DNA from: Rubrivivax sp.
GTDB taxonomy: Bacteria > Pseudomonadota > Gammaproteobacteria > Burkholderiales > Burkholderiaceae_C
Length of the DNA stretch: 64,000 bases
Direction: 5' to 3'
NCBI GenBank assembly: GCA_049274755.1
Contig: JBASTF010000206.1
Span: 22,682 to 86,681 of the forward strand
A program made the translations under genes and the position numbers. Each line of letters starts with the position of its first letter. The first letter of the stretch is position 1. Under the pieces are notes generated by a model. It did not search any database. It was not told the origin of the DNA and saw only the letters and a list, made by a program, of their open reading frames with translations. Shown in pieces: positions 43,423 to 55,306 of the stretch.

Positions 43423-43644
43423 GTGATTCGATTCAAGCTGGGTGAACAGCTGGAGAAGAAGCAGTTCCGAGACTCGCGGCGCATCACGCTCCAAGAGGTC
43501 TCGGACGCGACCGCAATCAACCGCTCCACCCTCTCAAAGCTCTTGAATCAGAAGGGCTACAGCACGGGTACAGATGTCCTGGACCGGCTGTGCAGCTACT
43601 TCGGGTGCGGCATCGCTGACCTGGTGGAACATGTGCCTGAATGA
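43423..43644 (+). CDS. Small XRE/Cro-type HTH regulator (73 aa)
   Basis: GTG 43423 in ORF 43282..43644. 'ITLQEVSDATAINRSTLSKLLNQKGYSTGTDVLDRLCSYFGCGIADLVE'. Confidence 0.7.
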   Translation: MIRFKLGEQLEKKQFRDSRRITLQEVSDATAINRSTLSKLLNQKGYSTGTDVLDRLCSYFGCGIADLVEHVPE

Positions 43645-43708
43645 GTGCGCGACACTCGCAACAAAGCGAGCCGGAAGAGCCCGCTTGCAGGCGACGAGGT
43701 GATGTGCA

Positions 43709-46700
43709 GTGACAGTGGGGGAACGCACAGAGGACTTGCATTCCGAGTCAGCCGCCGTGCTGACCAGGCCTGCGCACGCCGGCCACGCGGGCATGCGTTT
43801 GCGCTTCGACTCTCCGGTCAGCCGCACGCGCTACCTTTGTGCGCTGACAAGCCTGCTCTTCGGCGCAAGCAGCAAAGTCACCGCCGTTTTCCACGCCGGT
43901 GCGTTGCGAGACGATCTGACCGCAGAGGAGATCGCCGATCGTCTCGTCCGCGGCGCCGTCAACGAATTGCTCTTCGACGCAACGTCCGGCGGGCGGGCGC
44001 TGCCAGTCGCAGTCGGCGCCTCGGCAGCCACCGACAGCGATGTCCACCTGCGCATCAGCTTCTCAGCTGGACCTGTCGTATCTCATCTGTGGCTGCAGGC
44101 CGATGCCGACTTGGCCGCGCCCATCGCCACACTGGCATTGCAGACCGCAAACAATGGGTTCGCTCTCGATGCTGCCCACGCGTTTGCAGGTCTTGCTCTC
44201 CGATCAGGAGGGTTCAATGACGCCGAACTCGATGGCGAGCACCCGGTCGTGTGGCATGCCAGCAAGACTTCCGACACGGCCCGCCCAGTTCACAGCGCCC
44301 TTCACGACGCGGTCTGGGCCACCTCAGCGCAGATCATTGGCAAGGCCGAACTCTGGGTCACCGGCGTACCGATCCCCGTGCCGCGCCAGCCTCAGGCCGG
44401 TTGGTGGGAACAGTACGACGAGCTCACGCGCAACCCAAAGGAGTCTCTGACGGAGCTCCAAGCGCTTCTGGCGAAGCACTTCGAGATCCCGTTTGCGTGG
44501 ACCCTCGTCGACCAGGGTGCCGCGCCAGCGGGAGCGTTCATGTCGCCGCCCGAGGCGCACGCTCTTGCGCGAATCGTGCCGCAGGCAGACCACGTAGTCC
44601 TGGCAGTTGACCTTGAACAGCCAGCTCCGCTGATTGCGGAAGTTCTGCTCCACCTCTGCGCGCACCTTCGACTCGGGCATGTCCGGCCCGGAGATGCGTG
44701 GGGCCACTGGGATACGCAGGCCTCGCTGTCACAGACGCCCCATCGCCAGTGGGATCGAGACGCCCACTCATTCCTCCGAACCCACTGCGCTCGGCCTATT
44801 CGCCGAGTCACTTCGCTCGAAGAGTGCAACGCACGTGAGAAGGCCTGGCTGGTCTTGCACGATCACATCGGGCGCATGGTGGGCCAGTCGCGAACCCTGC
44901 ACGCAGCGACCGAGCAGTACCAAGCGGCCGCCTACCAGCGCCAGGCGGCACAGCGGCTGGTGGCGCAACTGGAAGAGTACGGTGGTGCCATGCTGTGCGA
45001 CGGCGTGGGCTTGGGCAAGACCTACGTTGCGACCACCGTCGCCGTTCACTACGCCAATCAGTGGCGTGACCAGCTTGCACAGCTAGGTCGATCGGCCACC
45101 GACGACCCATTCCGCATCACAGTGCTCTCGCCCAACTCGGTGGTCAGCACCTGGCAGCGCGAGGCCATTGCGCCGCTCGCCATGCACGGTGTGCCGCTGG
45201 CCACGATTCGCGTGCTCTCGCACTCCAAGCTCTCGCGCATCGTGCCGTCGAGCGACATCCTCACCCGCAGCCGTGCGGGTGAGAGCGACATGGAGCACCT
45301 GCTCTTGTCAGACCTGGTGATCGTGGACGAGGCTCACAACTTCCGCTCCGTCGGCGCGCGCCGCACCACGGTGCTGCGCGACCTTTTGCGCCTGCAGCCG
45401 CGCAAAGACCTGCGCCGCAAGGTACTGCTGCTCACCGCAACACCCGTCAACAACAGCCTGGAAGACTTGCGCCAACAGGCGGCGCTGATGTTCGGCAAGC
45501 CGCTGCTCTTCAACGACAACCTCTCGGCCGAGAAGTACCGCTCCCGAGTTTTCAAGGATGTCGAAGAGCGTGTCGGCAAGGCAGGCAAGGTCAAGGGCGC
45601 ATCCGATGTCGCGGCACTGCTCGTCCATGGCGATGCGTCTGCGAAGTTCGCCTATGCCCCCGACTTCCGCGACGACGTTCAGTTCGGCGTGCAAGTGCCC
45701 CGTGTTGGCGATTACCTCAAGGAGCAGGAGAAGCGTCTCATCGCCCAACAGGCGGCCGTGCGCGCTGCCATCCAAAGCGGGCAGCCGCCTGCCGAGACGC
45801 CAGCACGCATCGCTGGCGAGCTGCTGGACCGGATCGTGGTTCAGCGCTCTCGGGCGCTGTGCAAGCAGATCGAACGCGAACAAGGCACCAACGTGCGCTT
45901 GCTGTTCAGGCCCGACGCCGCCACCCCCGAGAAGCTCGTCTACGAGGACGTCTACGACGACACGCACGACGTGCTCGCCCGGTTTCTTCCGCTGTTTGAG
46001 ACCGAAGGCCAAGCCGCGGATAAGGCCACCACGCCGCTCTCGCTCAAGGTCTACATGTGGGCGGACATCCGGGATGGCATCCGCAGTGCAGATGAGACAT
46101 CATCGGTTGTCGGCCTCCAGCGCGTGCTGGTTCTGAAGCGCCTGGAGTCGTCACCCGTCGCCTTTCTGATCACCCTGCTGCGGCTGTTGGCGCTGCACGC
46201 GCATCGGTTGAAGCAACTGGGAGAACTGTGCCGGGAGCTCGGTGACAGGAAGCGCGACAAGGCGCTGGCCGATGAGGTAGCGGACCTGATCGACTCGATC
46301 AAGCCGGTCGAGCGCGACCGAATCGATGCCCTACTGACGGCAGGCACACGGTCGAAGACCCGCGCGGCAGAGCTGCTGGACCGGTGGAGCAAGGCGCACA
46401 TGAGTGCCAAGGCTGCTGCCGACACCGATGACCCGCTGCCTCCGCAACTGGACCTGTTCGGCGACGAAGACGAGAAGACCACGGAGCGCCGAGAACAACT
46501 CGACCGCCTCTGGAACTTGCGCGAGCACCTCACCCGCGACCTGGCCACACTGCTCCGCGTTGCCCCTGGGCTGACCGACATCATCTTCGGGCGCTTTGCC
46601 CAAAGCGACTGGCCCCAGCGCTTCATCAACGGCGGGCAAGATGTCGACTGGCCGAAGTCTGCCGCGTGGGCGATGCGCATCGTCACCGACGCCAAGCTGC

Positions 46701-48100
46701 AGCGACTGATGGCCCGCCTGCTGCGCGCGCGTAAGGACGGGCAGAAGGTCATCGTCTTCTCGCAGTTCACCGACACACTGGCCTACCTGGGCTCCGTTCT
46801 GCGCGCGGCAACAGTGCTCGAGCGCAACGAGTGGAAGACCGTGCTGCGCGAGCTGTCGGCTGACGCGGGCCACACCGTGTCGAAGCAAGAGGTGCTCGAC
46901 CTGATCAGCCGCATCGCCGTGGTGAGCGGTGAGACCGAAGAGCGGGACGCCGTCATCCATGCCTTTGCGCCGTTCTACCGGCTGGGCCCATCCCGCCCCC
47001 GCATTGCCGGAGCGTCGCCCACAGAACAGCAGCAACTTGACGCGCAGTGGGTCAGCGGCTGGACGCAGGCACTTACGCACCCCACTGACGTGCTCTTCGC
47101 GACTGACGTTCTTGCGGAGGGCGTCAACCTGCAAGACGCGGCGCTGCTCATCAACTTCGACGTTCACTGGAACCCGGTGCGCATGATCCAACGGGCGGGC
47201 CGCATCGACCGCAGGCTGAACCCTGCTATCGAGGAGGCAACCAGCTTCCCGGACCTTGAAGAGCTGGCGCGCACGCTGGGTGCGGAGCCACCGCGCTACT
47301 GGTGGCATGCCCACCCCAGCACTGCGCCCACAACGGTGAACCTGCTCCTGCCCGACGAGCTGGAGGCCGAGCTGCAGCTCCGCGAGCGCATCGCCAACAA
47401 GACACTCGCCATCGACTTCACTCTGGGCCTGGAGCAAGGCACCGGCGCCGAGGCCGACTGGATGGCTGAGTACCGCTACCAAGGCGTCTCGGCACTCAAC
47501 GCCTGGCAGGGCGACCGGGCGATTGAGCAGATTGCAGGCTACCTACAGCGCCTGCGACGGCTGATGACTGAGCGCGGCATAGAGACCGAGTGGCTTACCA
47601 AATGGAACGGCTGGCTGAGAGAGGTCGGTGGCGAACCCGAGCACGCCATCTTGGCCTGGGCACAGCTTGGCCGTAAGGGTGGAGAGGCCAAGGAATACAC
47701 GCGCCAGATCCAGCCGAGGCTCGTTGACGGCGTTCCGCATTGGCTGTGGACGGCAGAGAAGCCGGTCGAGTGGAGCAAGAACTTTTGGCTGGTGCTTGAC
47801 AGCAATACGCATCCTGCCGCGACACGCAAAGACCTCGGCTTCACTGAAGACGCGTCACGCCCCATCGCCGCAGAAGATCTGTTGATGGCATCTCGTCGAG
47901 TGATCGAAGGGGGCGTTGCCATCGAAGAGCTTGGCCGCGAAGTGGGTCGCCCCTTCCAACAGGGCGCGTCGGCCATTGCTGCAGGCGTCTTCGGTGAAGA
48001 TGACCGTCGAGCGATCCAGATCAGAGGGTTCCGAATACTCCAGTTGCGTCATGCCGACATCACGGCAACCACACAAGATTTCAGGGAGAAAGCATGCTGA
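43709..48100 (+). CDS. SNF2-family (SF2) helicase/translocase with an unrecognised ~330-aa N-terminal extension
   Basis: 1463 aa. '[13 protein letters not shown]' (motif I), '[12 protein letters not shown]' (II), '[15 protein letters not shown]' (III), '[14 protein letters not shown]', and '[40 protein letters not shown]' (V/VI). The start (GTG 43709 or ATG 43793) is uncertain. Confidence 0.9.
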   Translation: MTVGERTEDLHSESAAVLTRPAHAGHAGMRLRFDSPVSRTRYLCALTSLLFGASSKVTAVFHAGALRDDLTAEEIADRLVRGAVNELLFDATSGGRALPVAVGASAATDSDVHLRISFSAGPVVSHLWLQADADLAAPIATLALQTANNGFALDAAHAFAGLALRSGGFNDAELDGEHPVVWHASKTSDTARPVHSALHDAVWATSAQIIGKAELWVTGVPIPVPRQPQAGWWEQYDELTRNPKESLTELQALLAKHFEIPFAWTLVDQGAAPAGAFMSPPEAHALARIVPQADHVVLAVDLEQPAPLIAEVLLHLCAHLRLGHVRPGDAWGHWDTQASLSQTPHRQWDRDAHSFLRTHCARPIRRVTSLEECNAREKAWLVLHDHIGRMVGQSRTLHAATEQYQAAAYQRQAAQRLVAQLEEYGGAMLCDGVGLGKTYVATTVAVHYANQWRDQLAQLGRSATDDPFRITVLSPNSVVSTWQREAIAPLAMHGVPLATIRVLSHSKLSRIVPSSDILTRSRAGESDMEHLLLSDLVIVDEAHNFRSVGARRTTVLRDLLRLQPRKDLRRKVLLLTATPVNNSLEDLRQQAALMFGKPLLFNDNLSAEKYRSRVFKDVEERVGKAGKVKGASDVAALLVHGDASAKFAYAPDFRDDVQFGVQVPRVGDYLKEQEKRLIAQQAAVRAAIQSGQPPAETPARIAGELLDRIVVQRSRALCKQIEREQGTNVRLLFRPDAATPEKLVYEDVYDDTHDVLARFLPLFETEGQAADKATTPLSLKVYMWADIRDGIRSADETSSVVGLQRVLVLKRLESSPVAFLITLLRLLALHAHRLKQLGELCRELGDRKRDKALADEVADLIDSIKPVERDRIDALLTAGTRSKTRAAELLDRWSKAHMSAKAAADTDDPLPPQLDLFGDEDEKTTERREQLDRLWNLREHLTRDLATLLRVAPGLTDIIFGRFAQSDWPQRFINGGQDVDWPKSAAWAMRIVTDAKLQRLMARLLRARKDGQKVIVFSQFTDTLAYLGSVLRAATVLERNEWKTVLRELSADAGHTVSKQEVLDLISRIAVVSGETEERDAVIHAFAPFYRLGPSRPRIAGASPTEQQQLDAQWVSGWTQALTHPTDVLFATDVLAEGVNLQDAALLINFDVHWNPVRMIQRAGRIDRRLNPAIEEATSFPDLEELARTLGAEPPRYWWHAHPSTAPTTVNLLLPDELEAELQLRERIANKTLAIDFTLGLEQGTGAEADWMAEYRYQGVSALNAWQGDRAIEQIAGYLQRLRRLMTERGIETEWLTKWNGWLREVGGEPEHAILAWAQLGRKGGEAKEYTRQIQPRLVDGVPHWLWTAEKPVEWSKNFWLVLDSNTHPAATRKDLGFTEDASRPIAAEDLLMASRRVIEGGVAIEELGREVGRPFQQGASAIAAGVFGEDDRRAIQIRGFRILQLRHADITATTQDFREKAC

Positions 48101-51100
48101 ACAAGGACGACTTCATACGCCACATTCTCGGCGAGGCTCCTCAGGCGAAGCCGAAGGAGGAGCCGGAGGAGTCCAGCCACATCGAAGGCTTTGACTTCGC
48201 CGACGACGCGCAGGACGCGGACGCCGCGGAGGACACCCGCTTCGTTACGCCACTCCTGCAGGCTGGATTCGGCGACGGCCAAGGCATACCCCGAGCGACT
48301 GTCATTCGCAGCACAGACGCCGTCGCTCGCCACATCCCCGACGAGGTGCGCTACTGGCCCAAGACGCCCACTCGCCCCCACCACACTCTGCTGATCGAAG
48401 CAAACCTGACGCACCGGGAACTGCTGGCCATTCCGGCCTTCAGGTCTCGTCAACTGGCCCACCTTGATATCGCCGAAGACGCCGTGGCACGCCTGGTGGC
48501 CGAAGCATTGGAGGGGTTTCAGCGAGGCGCAGAAGGTATGGACGCCTCAGCGCTCAAGGGCCTGAAGCACGAAACGCTTTGCGTGGTCTCGATCGTCGAC
48601 GAGCGCGAGGGTCACGCGGGCCGCCTGGCGTGCTTCGGCACGTTCAACGCCAAGACCGAAGGTCTGGAAACCTTCTTCTTGACCGAACACGCCCGCACTT
48701 GGGACCGCGCAGACGCGCGCGAGCGCCTGAGCCTCATCTACGAGAGGCAATTCAAGAAGCTCGGCGAGGCCAACTGGCAGGATGCCTTCACGACGACTGA
48801 CGAACGACAGCAGGCCGAGAATCTGCTGGAGGTGTGCACGAAGAAGACAGTCCTGGAAAAGGACGTGCAGGAGTCGATCCTCGACCTCCTGGATACCATC
48901 GCGCGTGGCTTTGGCCTGCGAAAGAAGGCAGACGCCCAGCGACGCTTGCGAGCGTTCCCCTTGCCGGGCGAGCACGACATCGGCATCGACGCCGAGGAAC
49001 GCGACAGCAAGTACGGAGGCACCAATCCGTTCAGCGGTGTCACGCTGCGTGATGACCACAGCCGCCTTCTCGGCTACATCGTCTACCCGCTCAAGACAAA
49101 GTCTGACGCCACGAAGTTGCGCCAGCACCTGGAGTTGAACAACCGCTTCCACAACGTGCTGGTCGTCTACCCAGACGTGAACCAGGCCAGCATCGAGCTG
49201 TGGCAAGGGCGTGAGCAACTGACCGGAAAGCTGCGCAGAGGCCAAAGTCACAAGGACGCTGCCGACGTCGTCAACCTGCTTTCACGCTTCTTCGTCGTGA
49301 GCAAGGCAAAGGTGCGAAATCCGGCGGAATTGGCACAGGAACTGGCTTACCGCGCCCGCTACCTCAGGCGACTTGCCCTCAAGCAACTCGAAGACGAGCC
49401 GGACGAAGGACCCCTCCGTAATCTGTACAACGCCTTCAAGCTAGCTCTGGTCCATGACCAGGACGAAGACGAGTTCGCCGACGCGTTCGCACAGACCATC
49501 ACTTATGGCCTATTGACCGCGCGTTGGCTTGGTAACGACCAGCTAGCGAAGACGGGTGATCGATTCACGAGGCAGAACGCGCTCAAATACCTTCCCGCGG
49601 CCAGCCCCTTCCTCAACGACCTCTTCAAGTCCGTACTCTCACTCAAGCTCGACGAACATCGCGGCCGGCTGCTCTGGCTTGTAGATGACGTCGCTGACCT
49701 CTTGGACCGTATCGACGTGACTTACGTCTTCGGCGCTGGCGATAAGGGCTCAGACACCGCGACCGACCCAGTGATCCACTTCTACGAGCCATTCCTGGCG
49801 GCCTACGACAAGGAGTTAAAGAACAAGCGGGGAGTCTTCTTCACGCCTCGTCCAGTAGTCTCCTACATCGCCCGTAGCGTACACGAGCTCTTGCAGAGGG
49901 ACTTCGGCCTCGAGGACGGCCTCGCGTCGATAGACACGTGGAGCGATGTAGCCAAACGTATTGACGGGTTCGAGATCCCGCAAGGCATTAAAGGCAGCGA
50001 TCCCTTCGTATGCATTCTTGATCCGGCAACTGGCACGGGGACCTTCATTTACGAGTGCATCCAGATCATCGAAAGCACGATGAAGGAGCGCTGGTGCCGT
50101 GAAATTGGTGTGACCTCCTGGCACGATGAGCGCGTGCTGAGCCGCTGGCGAGAATACGTTCCGGCAGCACTGTTGCCAAGAATTTTTGGATACGAGCTAA
50201 TGATGGCGTCCTACGCTGTCGCACACCTCAAGCTCTCATTCAAGTTAGCTGAAACGGGCTGTGAACTCAGTCAAGGCCCCGCAAGCCGGCTAAATGTCTA
50301 CTTGACAAACAGCCTGGAATCACCGACGAAAGCACAAGGCGAACTCGAAGGCATTTCCCCGGCGCTCGCGTCGGAGGCAAGCGCCGTCACAAGCATTAAG
50401 AGCCGCCGGCGCTTCACAGTCTTGATCGGCAACCCGCCATACGCCAACTATTCAGCCAACCTGTCTCCTGAGTCTCGAGCAATCGTCGATAAATATAGAA
50501 CCTTCAGAGGCACTCCGATCCGGGAGAGAAATCAGCTTCAATTCGAGCGCAACCTTCAGGATGACTTTGTAAAGTTCATCGCAATTGGAGAAGAAGAAAT
50601 ACGTCGAAGTAGTGCTGGAGTGCTTGGCTACATTACGAACGCAACCATGCTTGCATCGCCGTCTCTTCGGGGCATGCGGGAGCACCTCAGCAAGACATTT
50701 ACCGATCTATTCGAATTCCACTTGCACGGAGGCGTCAACGAAATCCCCGAAGACTCCCTGAATGATCAAAACGTGTTCGATATCGCGCAAGCGGTCGCCA
50801 TTCACATCCTTGTTCGCCATCCCAAAGCCAAGCTCGCGGCAACAACACCTGTCGTGCATTTCTCAGAGATGTGGGGTCCTCGACCACAGAAATACTCGCT
50901 CCTCGCGGCTGGTTCTGCGTTGACCACGGAATGGCACAAGGTCCAACCCGACCATGAGAACTGGGCCTTCGTGCCGCATGACACTTCTGCAAGTCACGAG
51001 TCACTTCGAGTTGACGACATCTTTGTACGCTTTGGGGCCGGGATAAAAACAAATCGGGATTCCGTCGCAATCGCCTTCGATAAAGACAATCTACTTGAAG

Positions 51101-52038
51101 CCATTAGCGAGTTCGACTCGCAAGTGGCCCCACGCGATGCCAGCAAGTATGTGCAGCCGATCTTGTACCGCCCGTTTGACAAGCGTGTCATCTTCTATCA
51201 CGAAGATGTCGTTGCTAGCCGGTCGCTCCCCACGATGCAGCATGTTCTGGCAGGTCCAAATCTTGGGCTCATCGCATCGAGTACCTGGACTTCACCAGAT
51301 CGATTTAGTGTAAATGTTTCGCGACTAATGGTTGAGATGAAAACCGGAACGCACGACCGCGGAACAACATATTTTCCTCTTTATCGCTATGAGAGTATTC
51401 TCGGTGGTGCGGCACAGAAGACTGCGAATCTACAACCTGATTTTCGGAAGCGCTGGGAGAGCCTTACAAGGACCCGCCTTCTCGCGAAGGGCCATGGCGA
51501 CCTTTCGCAGACAACCGGCCCTGAGGACGTTCTTTACTGGATATACGGCCTTAGTCATTCGCCGGAGTACAGGCGCAGAAACCGAGCGGCGCTTGCCCAG
51601 GGATTTCCGATAGTGCTCTTCCCGAAGACAACCCTTCTACTGGCAGATCTTGTCGCGATTGGCAAGCGCCTTGCTGCGATTCATCTCTTCGAAGAGCTTC
51701 CTGCCGCCACATCTGGGTCATTTATCGGTGAGCGGTATCCTGAGGTCGAAAAGATCGCCTATGCAGATGGCACCGTTTGGATTGATAGGCTGCGAACACG
51801 TGGTTTCGCTGGTGTGTCAGAAGCGGTGTGGGCGCTTCACATTGGAGGGTATCCGGTCTGCGAGAAGTGGCTGAAGGATCGAAAGGGTCGGAACCTATCG
51901 AAGGCGGAAGTTGACCACTATGTGAAGCTAATTGGGGTTCTCGAAGAGACGCTTGAGCTAATGAAGCAAGCTGACCTTTCAATCGCGAAGCACGGTGGAT
52001 GGCCTGATGCCTTCGTAATGCGGGCGAGCACATCATGA
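48094..52038 (+). CDS. Large N6-adenine DNA methyltransferase, PglX / Eco57I / type-ISP-like, with a type-ISP-style C-terminal domain
   Basis: 1314 aa. '[18 protein letters not shown]', '[16 protein letters not shown]', '[16 protein letters not shown]' (SAM motif I) and '[12 protein letters not shown]' (NPPY motif IV). The C-terminus has '[16 protein letters not shown]...[20 protein letters not shown]'. No nuclease motif was seen. Confidence 0.9.
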   Translation: MLNKDDFIRHILGEAPQAKPKEEPEESSHIEGFDFADDAQDADAAEDTRFVTPLLQAGFGDGQGIPRATVIRSTDAVARHIPDEVRYWPKTPTRPHHTLLIEANLTHRELLAIPAFRSRQLAHLDIAEDAVARLVAEALEGFQRGAEGMDASALKGLKHETLCVVSIVDEREGHAGRLACFGTFNAKTEGLETFFLTEHARTWDRADARERLSLIYERQFKKLGEANWQDAFTTTDERQQAENLLEVCTKKTVLEKDVQESILDLLDTIARGFGLRKKADAQRRLRAFPLPGEHDIGIDAEERDSKYGGTNPFSGVTLRDDHSRLLGYIVYPLKTKSDATKLRQHLELNNRFHNVLVVYPDVNQASIELWQGREQLTGKLRRGQSHKDAADVVNLLSRFFVVSKAKVRNPAELAQELAYRARYLRRLALKQLEDEPDEGPLRNLYNAFKLALVHDQDEDEFADAFAQTITYGLLTARWLGNDQLAKTGDRFTRQNALKYLPAASPFLNDLFKSVLSLKLDEHRGRLLWLVDDVADLLDRIDVTYVFGAGDKGSDTATDPVIHFYEPFLAAYDKELKNKRGVFFTPRPVVSYIARSVHELLQRDFGLEDGLASIDTWSDVAKRIDGFEIPQGIKGSDPFVCILDPATGTGTFIYECIQIIESTMKERWCREIGVTSWHDERVLSRWREYVPAALLPRIFGYELMMASYAVAHLKLSFKLAETGCELSQGPASRLNVYLTNSLESPTKAQGELEGISPALASEASAVTSIKSRRRFTVLIGNPPYANYSANLSPESRAIVDKYRTFRGTPIRERNQLQFERNLQDDFVKFIAIGEEEIRRSSAGVLGYITNATMLASPSLRGMREHLSKTFTDLFEFHLHGGVNEIPEDSLNDQNVFDIAQAVAIHILVRHPKAKLAATTPVVHFSEMWGPRPQKYSLLAAGSALTTEWHKVQPDHENWAFVPHDTSASHESLRVDDIFVRFGAGIKTNRDSVAIAFDKDNLLEAISEFDSQVAPRDASKYVQPILYRPFDKRVIFYHEDVVASRSLPTMQHVLAGPNLGLIASSTWTSPDRFSVNVSRLMVEMKTGTHDRGTTYFPLYRYESILGGAAQKTANLQPDFRKRWESLTRTRLLAKGHGDLSQTTGPEDVLYWIYGLSHSPEYRRRNRAALAQGFPIVLFPKTTLLLADLVAIGKRLAAIHLFEELPAATSGSFIGERYPEVEKIAYADGTVWIDRLRTRGFAGVSEAVWALHIGGYPVCEKWLKDRKGRNLSKAEVDHYVKLIGVLEETLELMKQADLSIAKHGGWPDAFVMRASTS

Positions 52039-53927
52039 GCACCTCAAAGGCGTGGGCAATTGACATCAGCCTGGTGACTGATTTTGCGGCGGACGCTACT
52101 GGGCCTGTGCAGCTCTCGCTGCCATCCAGCCTCCATCTGGAGGCTGGAGCGCTTGTCGCGCTCATGGACATGGGGCGCTGCTGTGGCCTCGGCACCGTTC
52201 GTGAGCAGTCGCTGGTTGTCCTGCCAGTTAACTTCGAGCCGAACCTGCTCGTCAGCCCACAGTACGAACCGAAGGAACTGCAGGTAGAGGACCGCATCAA
52301 GTTGTTCGGACACGACGAAGCGCATCTTCGTCGGATGTTGGGCTCCATCGCCATGGCTCCGACGATGCACGCCATCGGGATGCAGAAGACGGCGGCAACA
52401 AGCAGCCCCCGCTACTGGAAGATCGCCCCGGGTCGAAACGGCATTGCCTGGCCAGAGTGGCGAAAGCGTGGCATCGCCGCCATCGGCTGGCCGGACCTGG
52501 GCGATGTCTCCACACTCTCAGAAGACGATTTTCAAGCGCGCTCGAAAGCCAAATACAACAAGGACAAGCGCAACGAAGGGCCGTATCAGGTGTGGGTGTT
52601 CCACGGAATCAAGCCCGGCGATCGAGTTATTGCCAACGACGGTAGGTCATCCATCCTTGGGATTGGCACTGTCACCGAAGGCTACCGATATCGGCTGGGT
52701 GAACATACCGTCGAGGGTGAGGACTTTGCGCACCAGATCACGGTGAAGTGGGACGACACAACAACGCGCGACATTGCAGATCAGCCCGACTGGTTGCGCA
52801 CCCTTCGCGAGCTGCCGAGGGAGCGGTTCGAAGCGCTGGTCGGCGGTGAGGGAAAAGTTCCGTTCTCGGTCACCGCCCCAAGCAACATCATCCTCTTCGG
52901 CCCGCCAGGCACTGGGAAGACGTACAACGTGCGGCGGCGCGCGCTCGAGCTGCTGGGCGACGCTACAGCGGGGGATGCACCGAACGACCACGTGCAGGCG
53001 GAGTGGGAGCGGCGGCGCCAGGCGGGTCAGATCGTGTTCTGCACGTTCCACCAGGCGTTCGCTTACGAAGAGTTTGTCGAAGGGCTGCGCGCCATCACAG
53101 ACGAGGACAGCAACGTCCACTACCGCGTCGAGCCCGGCATCTTCAAGCGCATCGCTGCAACCGCGGCACAGCAACGGAAGGACGCCTTTGTGCTCGTCAT
53201 CGACGAAATCAACCGCGCCAACATCGCGAGGGTCTTCGGTGAACTGATCACGCTGCTCGAGCCAGACAAGCGCCTCGGCAACGCGAATGAGCTGCGGGTA
53301 CAGCTTCCGTCGTCGAAGGAGTGGTTCGGTGTGCCACCCAATCTGCACGTCATTGGCACGATGAACACGGCCGACCGTTCCATTGCCTTGATGGACGTGG
53401 CGCTGCGCCGCAGGTTCACCTTCGAAGAGATGATGCCCGACGCCAGCGCCTTGAGCGATGCGCTTGCCGAAGCGAAAGTTGAGGCGCCGGTGCGCGCGCT
53501 GGTCATCAGCGTGTTTGTGAAGCTCAACGAGCGCCTTCGCTTTCTGTACGACCGCGAGCATCAGATCGGTCACGCCTATTTTTTGGGTGTGCGCTCGCTC
53601 GATGATTTGCGGGCCGTCTTCGCTGACCGCATCCTGCCGCTGCTGCAGGAGTACTTCTATGGGCAGTGGGACAAGGTTGCTCTGACGCTGGGCTACCCGA
53701 TCAAGGCGGACGGCACGCCGAAAGAGGTGCGGAGTTCAGAGCATCCGAACGGTACGTTTCTCACCACGCAGAAGCTAGACGACAAGGCCGTGCTTGGCTT
53801 TGACCACGACGACTATGTCGACCAGGTGGTGTGGGATGTGCACCCGGCTTTCCGGCCACGTGGCAAGCAAGAAGACTCCTGGCTGCAGCAGGCCTTCGAT
53901 GAGCTGGTGGGCGCCAAGGTGGCCTGA
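52035..53927 (+). CDS. mcrB: McrB-like AAA+ GTPase with an N-terminal ~250-aa extension (possible PUA/EVE-like reader)
   Basis: 'IILFGPPGTGKTY', 'VLVIDEINRANIARVFGELITLLEPDKR' and 'VIGTMNTADRSIALMDVALRRRFTFEE' (NTAD GTP-specificity motif). The N-terminal segment is 'YWKIAPGRNGIAWPEWRKRGIAAIGWPDLGD'. Confidence 0.88.
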   Translation: MSTSKAWAIDISLVTDFAADATGPVQLSLPSSLHLEAGALVALMDMGRCCGLGTVREQSLVVLPVNFEPNLLVSPQYEPKELQVEDRIKLFGHDEAHLRRMLGSIAMAPTMHAIGMQKTAATSSPRYWKIAPGRNGIAWPEWRKRGIAAIGWPDLGDVSTLSEDDFQARSKAKYNKDKRNEGPYQVWVFHGIKPGDRVIANDGRSSILGIGTVTEGYRYRLGEHTVEGEDFAHQITVKWDDTTTRDIADQPDWLRTLRELPRERFEALVGGEGKVPFSVTAPSNIILFGPPGTGKTYNVRRRALELLGDATAGDAPNDHVQAEWERRRQAGQIVFCTFHQAFAYEEFVEGLRAITDEDSNVHYRVEPGIFKRIAATAAQQRKDAFVLVIDEINRANIARVFGELITLLEPDKRLGNANELRVQLPSSKEWFGVPPNLHVIGTMNTADRSIALMDVALRRRFTFEEMMPDASALSDALAEAKVEAPVRALVISVFVKLNERLRFLYDREHQIGHAYFLGVRSLDDLRAVFADRILPLLQEYFYGQWDKVALTLGYPIKADGTPKEVRSSEHPNGTFLTTQKLDDKAVLGFDHDDYVDQVVWDVHPAFRPRGKQEDSWLQQAFDELVGAKVA

Positions 53928-55306
53928 TGCTGCGCGTCACCATCCTTGAGCGCGGCCGCATCCTGCGGTCAGACTCCGATGCTGACAGTGTCGATCTCGG
54001 GACGCCCTCGCGCCGGGTGTTGCCCCAGCGCTTGTACGACAGACTGTTTCGCATCGAGGGCGCGCGCGAAGACCGCCGGGAGGCCGCCGTCTTTCGCTGG
54101 CGCCGCAACCACTGCCTTGTTGGCCCTTGGGTCGGCGTGATGCAGATCCCAGGTCTGCAGCTCGAAATTCTGCCCAAGACCGACGATGGCGGTGCGCAGG
54201 ACAGCGATCAGGAAGTGCGCGACACCCGCTGCAACCTGATGGAGATGTTGCTGCGCGGGGGCCTGGGCGCGGTGCGCGCGCGTGGCGTTGCCGACCTCGC
54301 GCTCAAGCGCGGCAACCTGCACGACCAGTTGGTCGACACCTTCTTGGACCGAACGCTCTTCGAACTGCGGCGTGGGCTTGACCGCGGCTACGCCACGGAA
54401 GAAAGCAATCTGGCAACCCTGCGCGGCAAGCTGGTGCTGTCGCGGCAGGTGGCGCTGAATTCGGCGCAGAAGGCCCGCTTCTTCTGCCGGCACGATGTGC
54501 TGACTGAAGCGACGCTCATCTCAGTGCGGCTGAAGCAAGCTTGTCGCGTGCTGGCTGCCCGTGCGCTACCCGCACCGGTGCTGGTCAAAGCACAGCAGGT
54601 GCTGGCGCTGCTGGACGACGTTCCTGACCTGCCTTTCCGCCACCGCGAGCCCGACCCCGTGTTCACGCGCCAGAACGAGCGCTTTGCCGACATCTACAGC
54701 TTCGCCTGCATGCTGCTTGAAGGCCAGGCGCCCGATGCCCGCAGCGGCGAAGTAGAGACCTTCTCGCTGCTGTTCGACATGGAGCAGGTGTTCGAGCGCT
54801 ACATCGCTGCGTTCCTGTCCACTGAGGTGATGCAGCGCCTTGACGATGCCACTCTCTACCCGCAGGCCAAGGGGCATCGCTTCAGTCTGTACCGGGACGA
54901 GCAAGAGGCCGTGCTGCGCATGGCCCCCGACCTGCTGGTGGTGCATGAAGCAGTGGGCGGCAAGAAGACACTCATCGTCGATACCAAGTGGAAGCGGCTT
55001 TCCGAAGAAGACGGCAGCCGCCCAAGCAGGGCTGACCTGTATCAGCTGTACGCCTACCTCCACCGGTACGACTGCGAGCGTGCCTACCTGCTGTACCCGC
55101 GGGCGGCGGGCGTGGCCGTGCGCGACCTGCAGGCGCTTGCGCGCCACGCCGGCGACCATGTCGGGACCGTGGGCGTTCGTTTCGTAGACCTGAACCGGAA
55201 GCTGTGGACCCGCGAGGGCAAGAGGGCGCTTGCCGACGAGTTGGCGCTGATCATCGGTGAGGGCCTGGGCCTTGCCGAGGTAGCCACTGAGGAGGCTGCG
55301 GCGTGA
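53927..55306 (+). CDS. mcrC: McrC-like PD-(D/E)xK nuclease subunit
   Basis: 459 aa. 'LFDMEQVFERYIAAFL' and 'PDLLVVHEAVGGKKTLIVDTKWKRL...DLYQLYAYLHRY'. The start overlaps the mcrB stop. Confidence 0.85.
   Translation: MLRVTILERGRILRSDSDADSVDLGTPSRRVLPQRLYDRLFRIEGAREDRREAAVFRWRRNHCLVGPWVGVMQIPGLQLEILPKTDDGGAQDSDQEVRDTRCNLMEMLLRGGLGAVRARGVADLALKRGNLHDQLVDTFLDRTLFELRRGLDRGYATEESNLATLRGKLVLSRQVALNSAQKARFFCRHDVLTEATLISVRLKQACRVLAARALPAPVLVKAQQVLALLDDVPDLPFRHREPDPVFTRQNERFADIYSFACMLLEGQAPDARSGEVETFSLLFDMEQVFERYIAAFLSTEVMQRLDDATLYPQAKGHRFSLYRDEQEAVLRMAPDLLVVHEAVGGKKTLIVDTKWKRLSEEDGSRPSRADLYQLYAYLHRYDCERAYLLYPRAAGVAVRDLQALARHAGDHVGTVGVRFVDLNRKLWTREGKRALADELALIIGEGLGLAEVATEEAAA

Noticed and set aside
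43709-55306. Calling the first four genes class 1 DISARM, BREX or a type ISP R-M system
   Set aside because: No DrmA/DrmB (DUF1998), PLD, PglZ or BrxC/PglY-like protein is present in the window, and no nuclease domain sits on the helicase or methyltransferase. The resemblance is limited to the helicase-methyltransferase pair.
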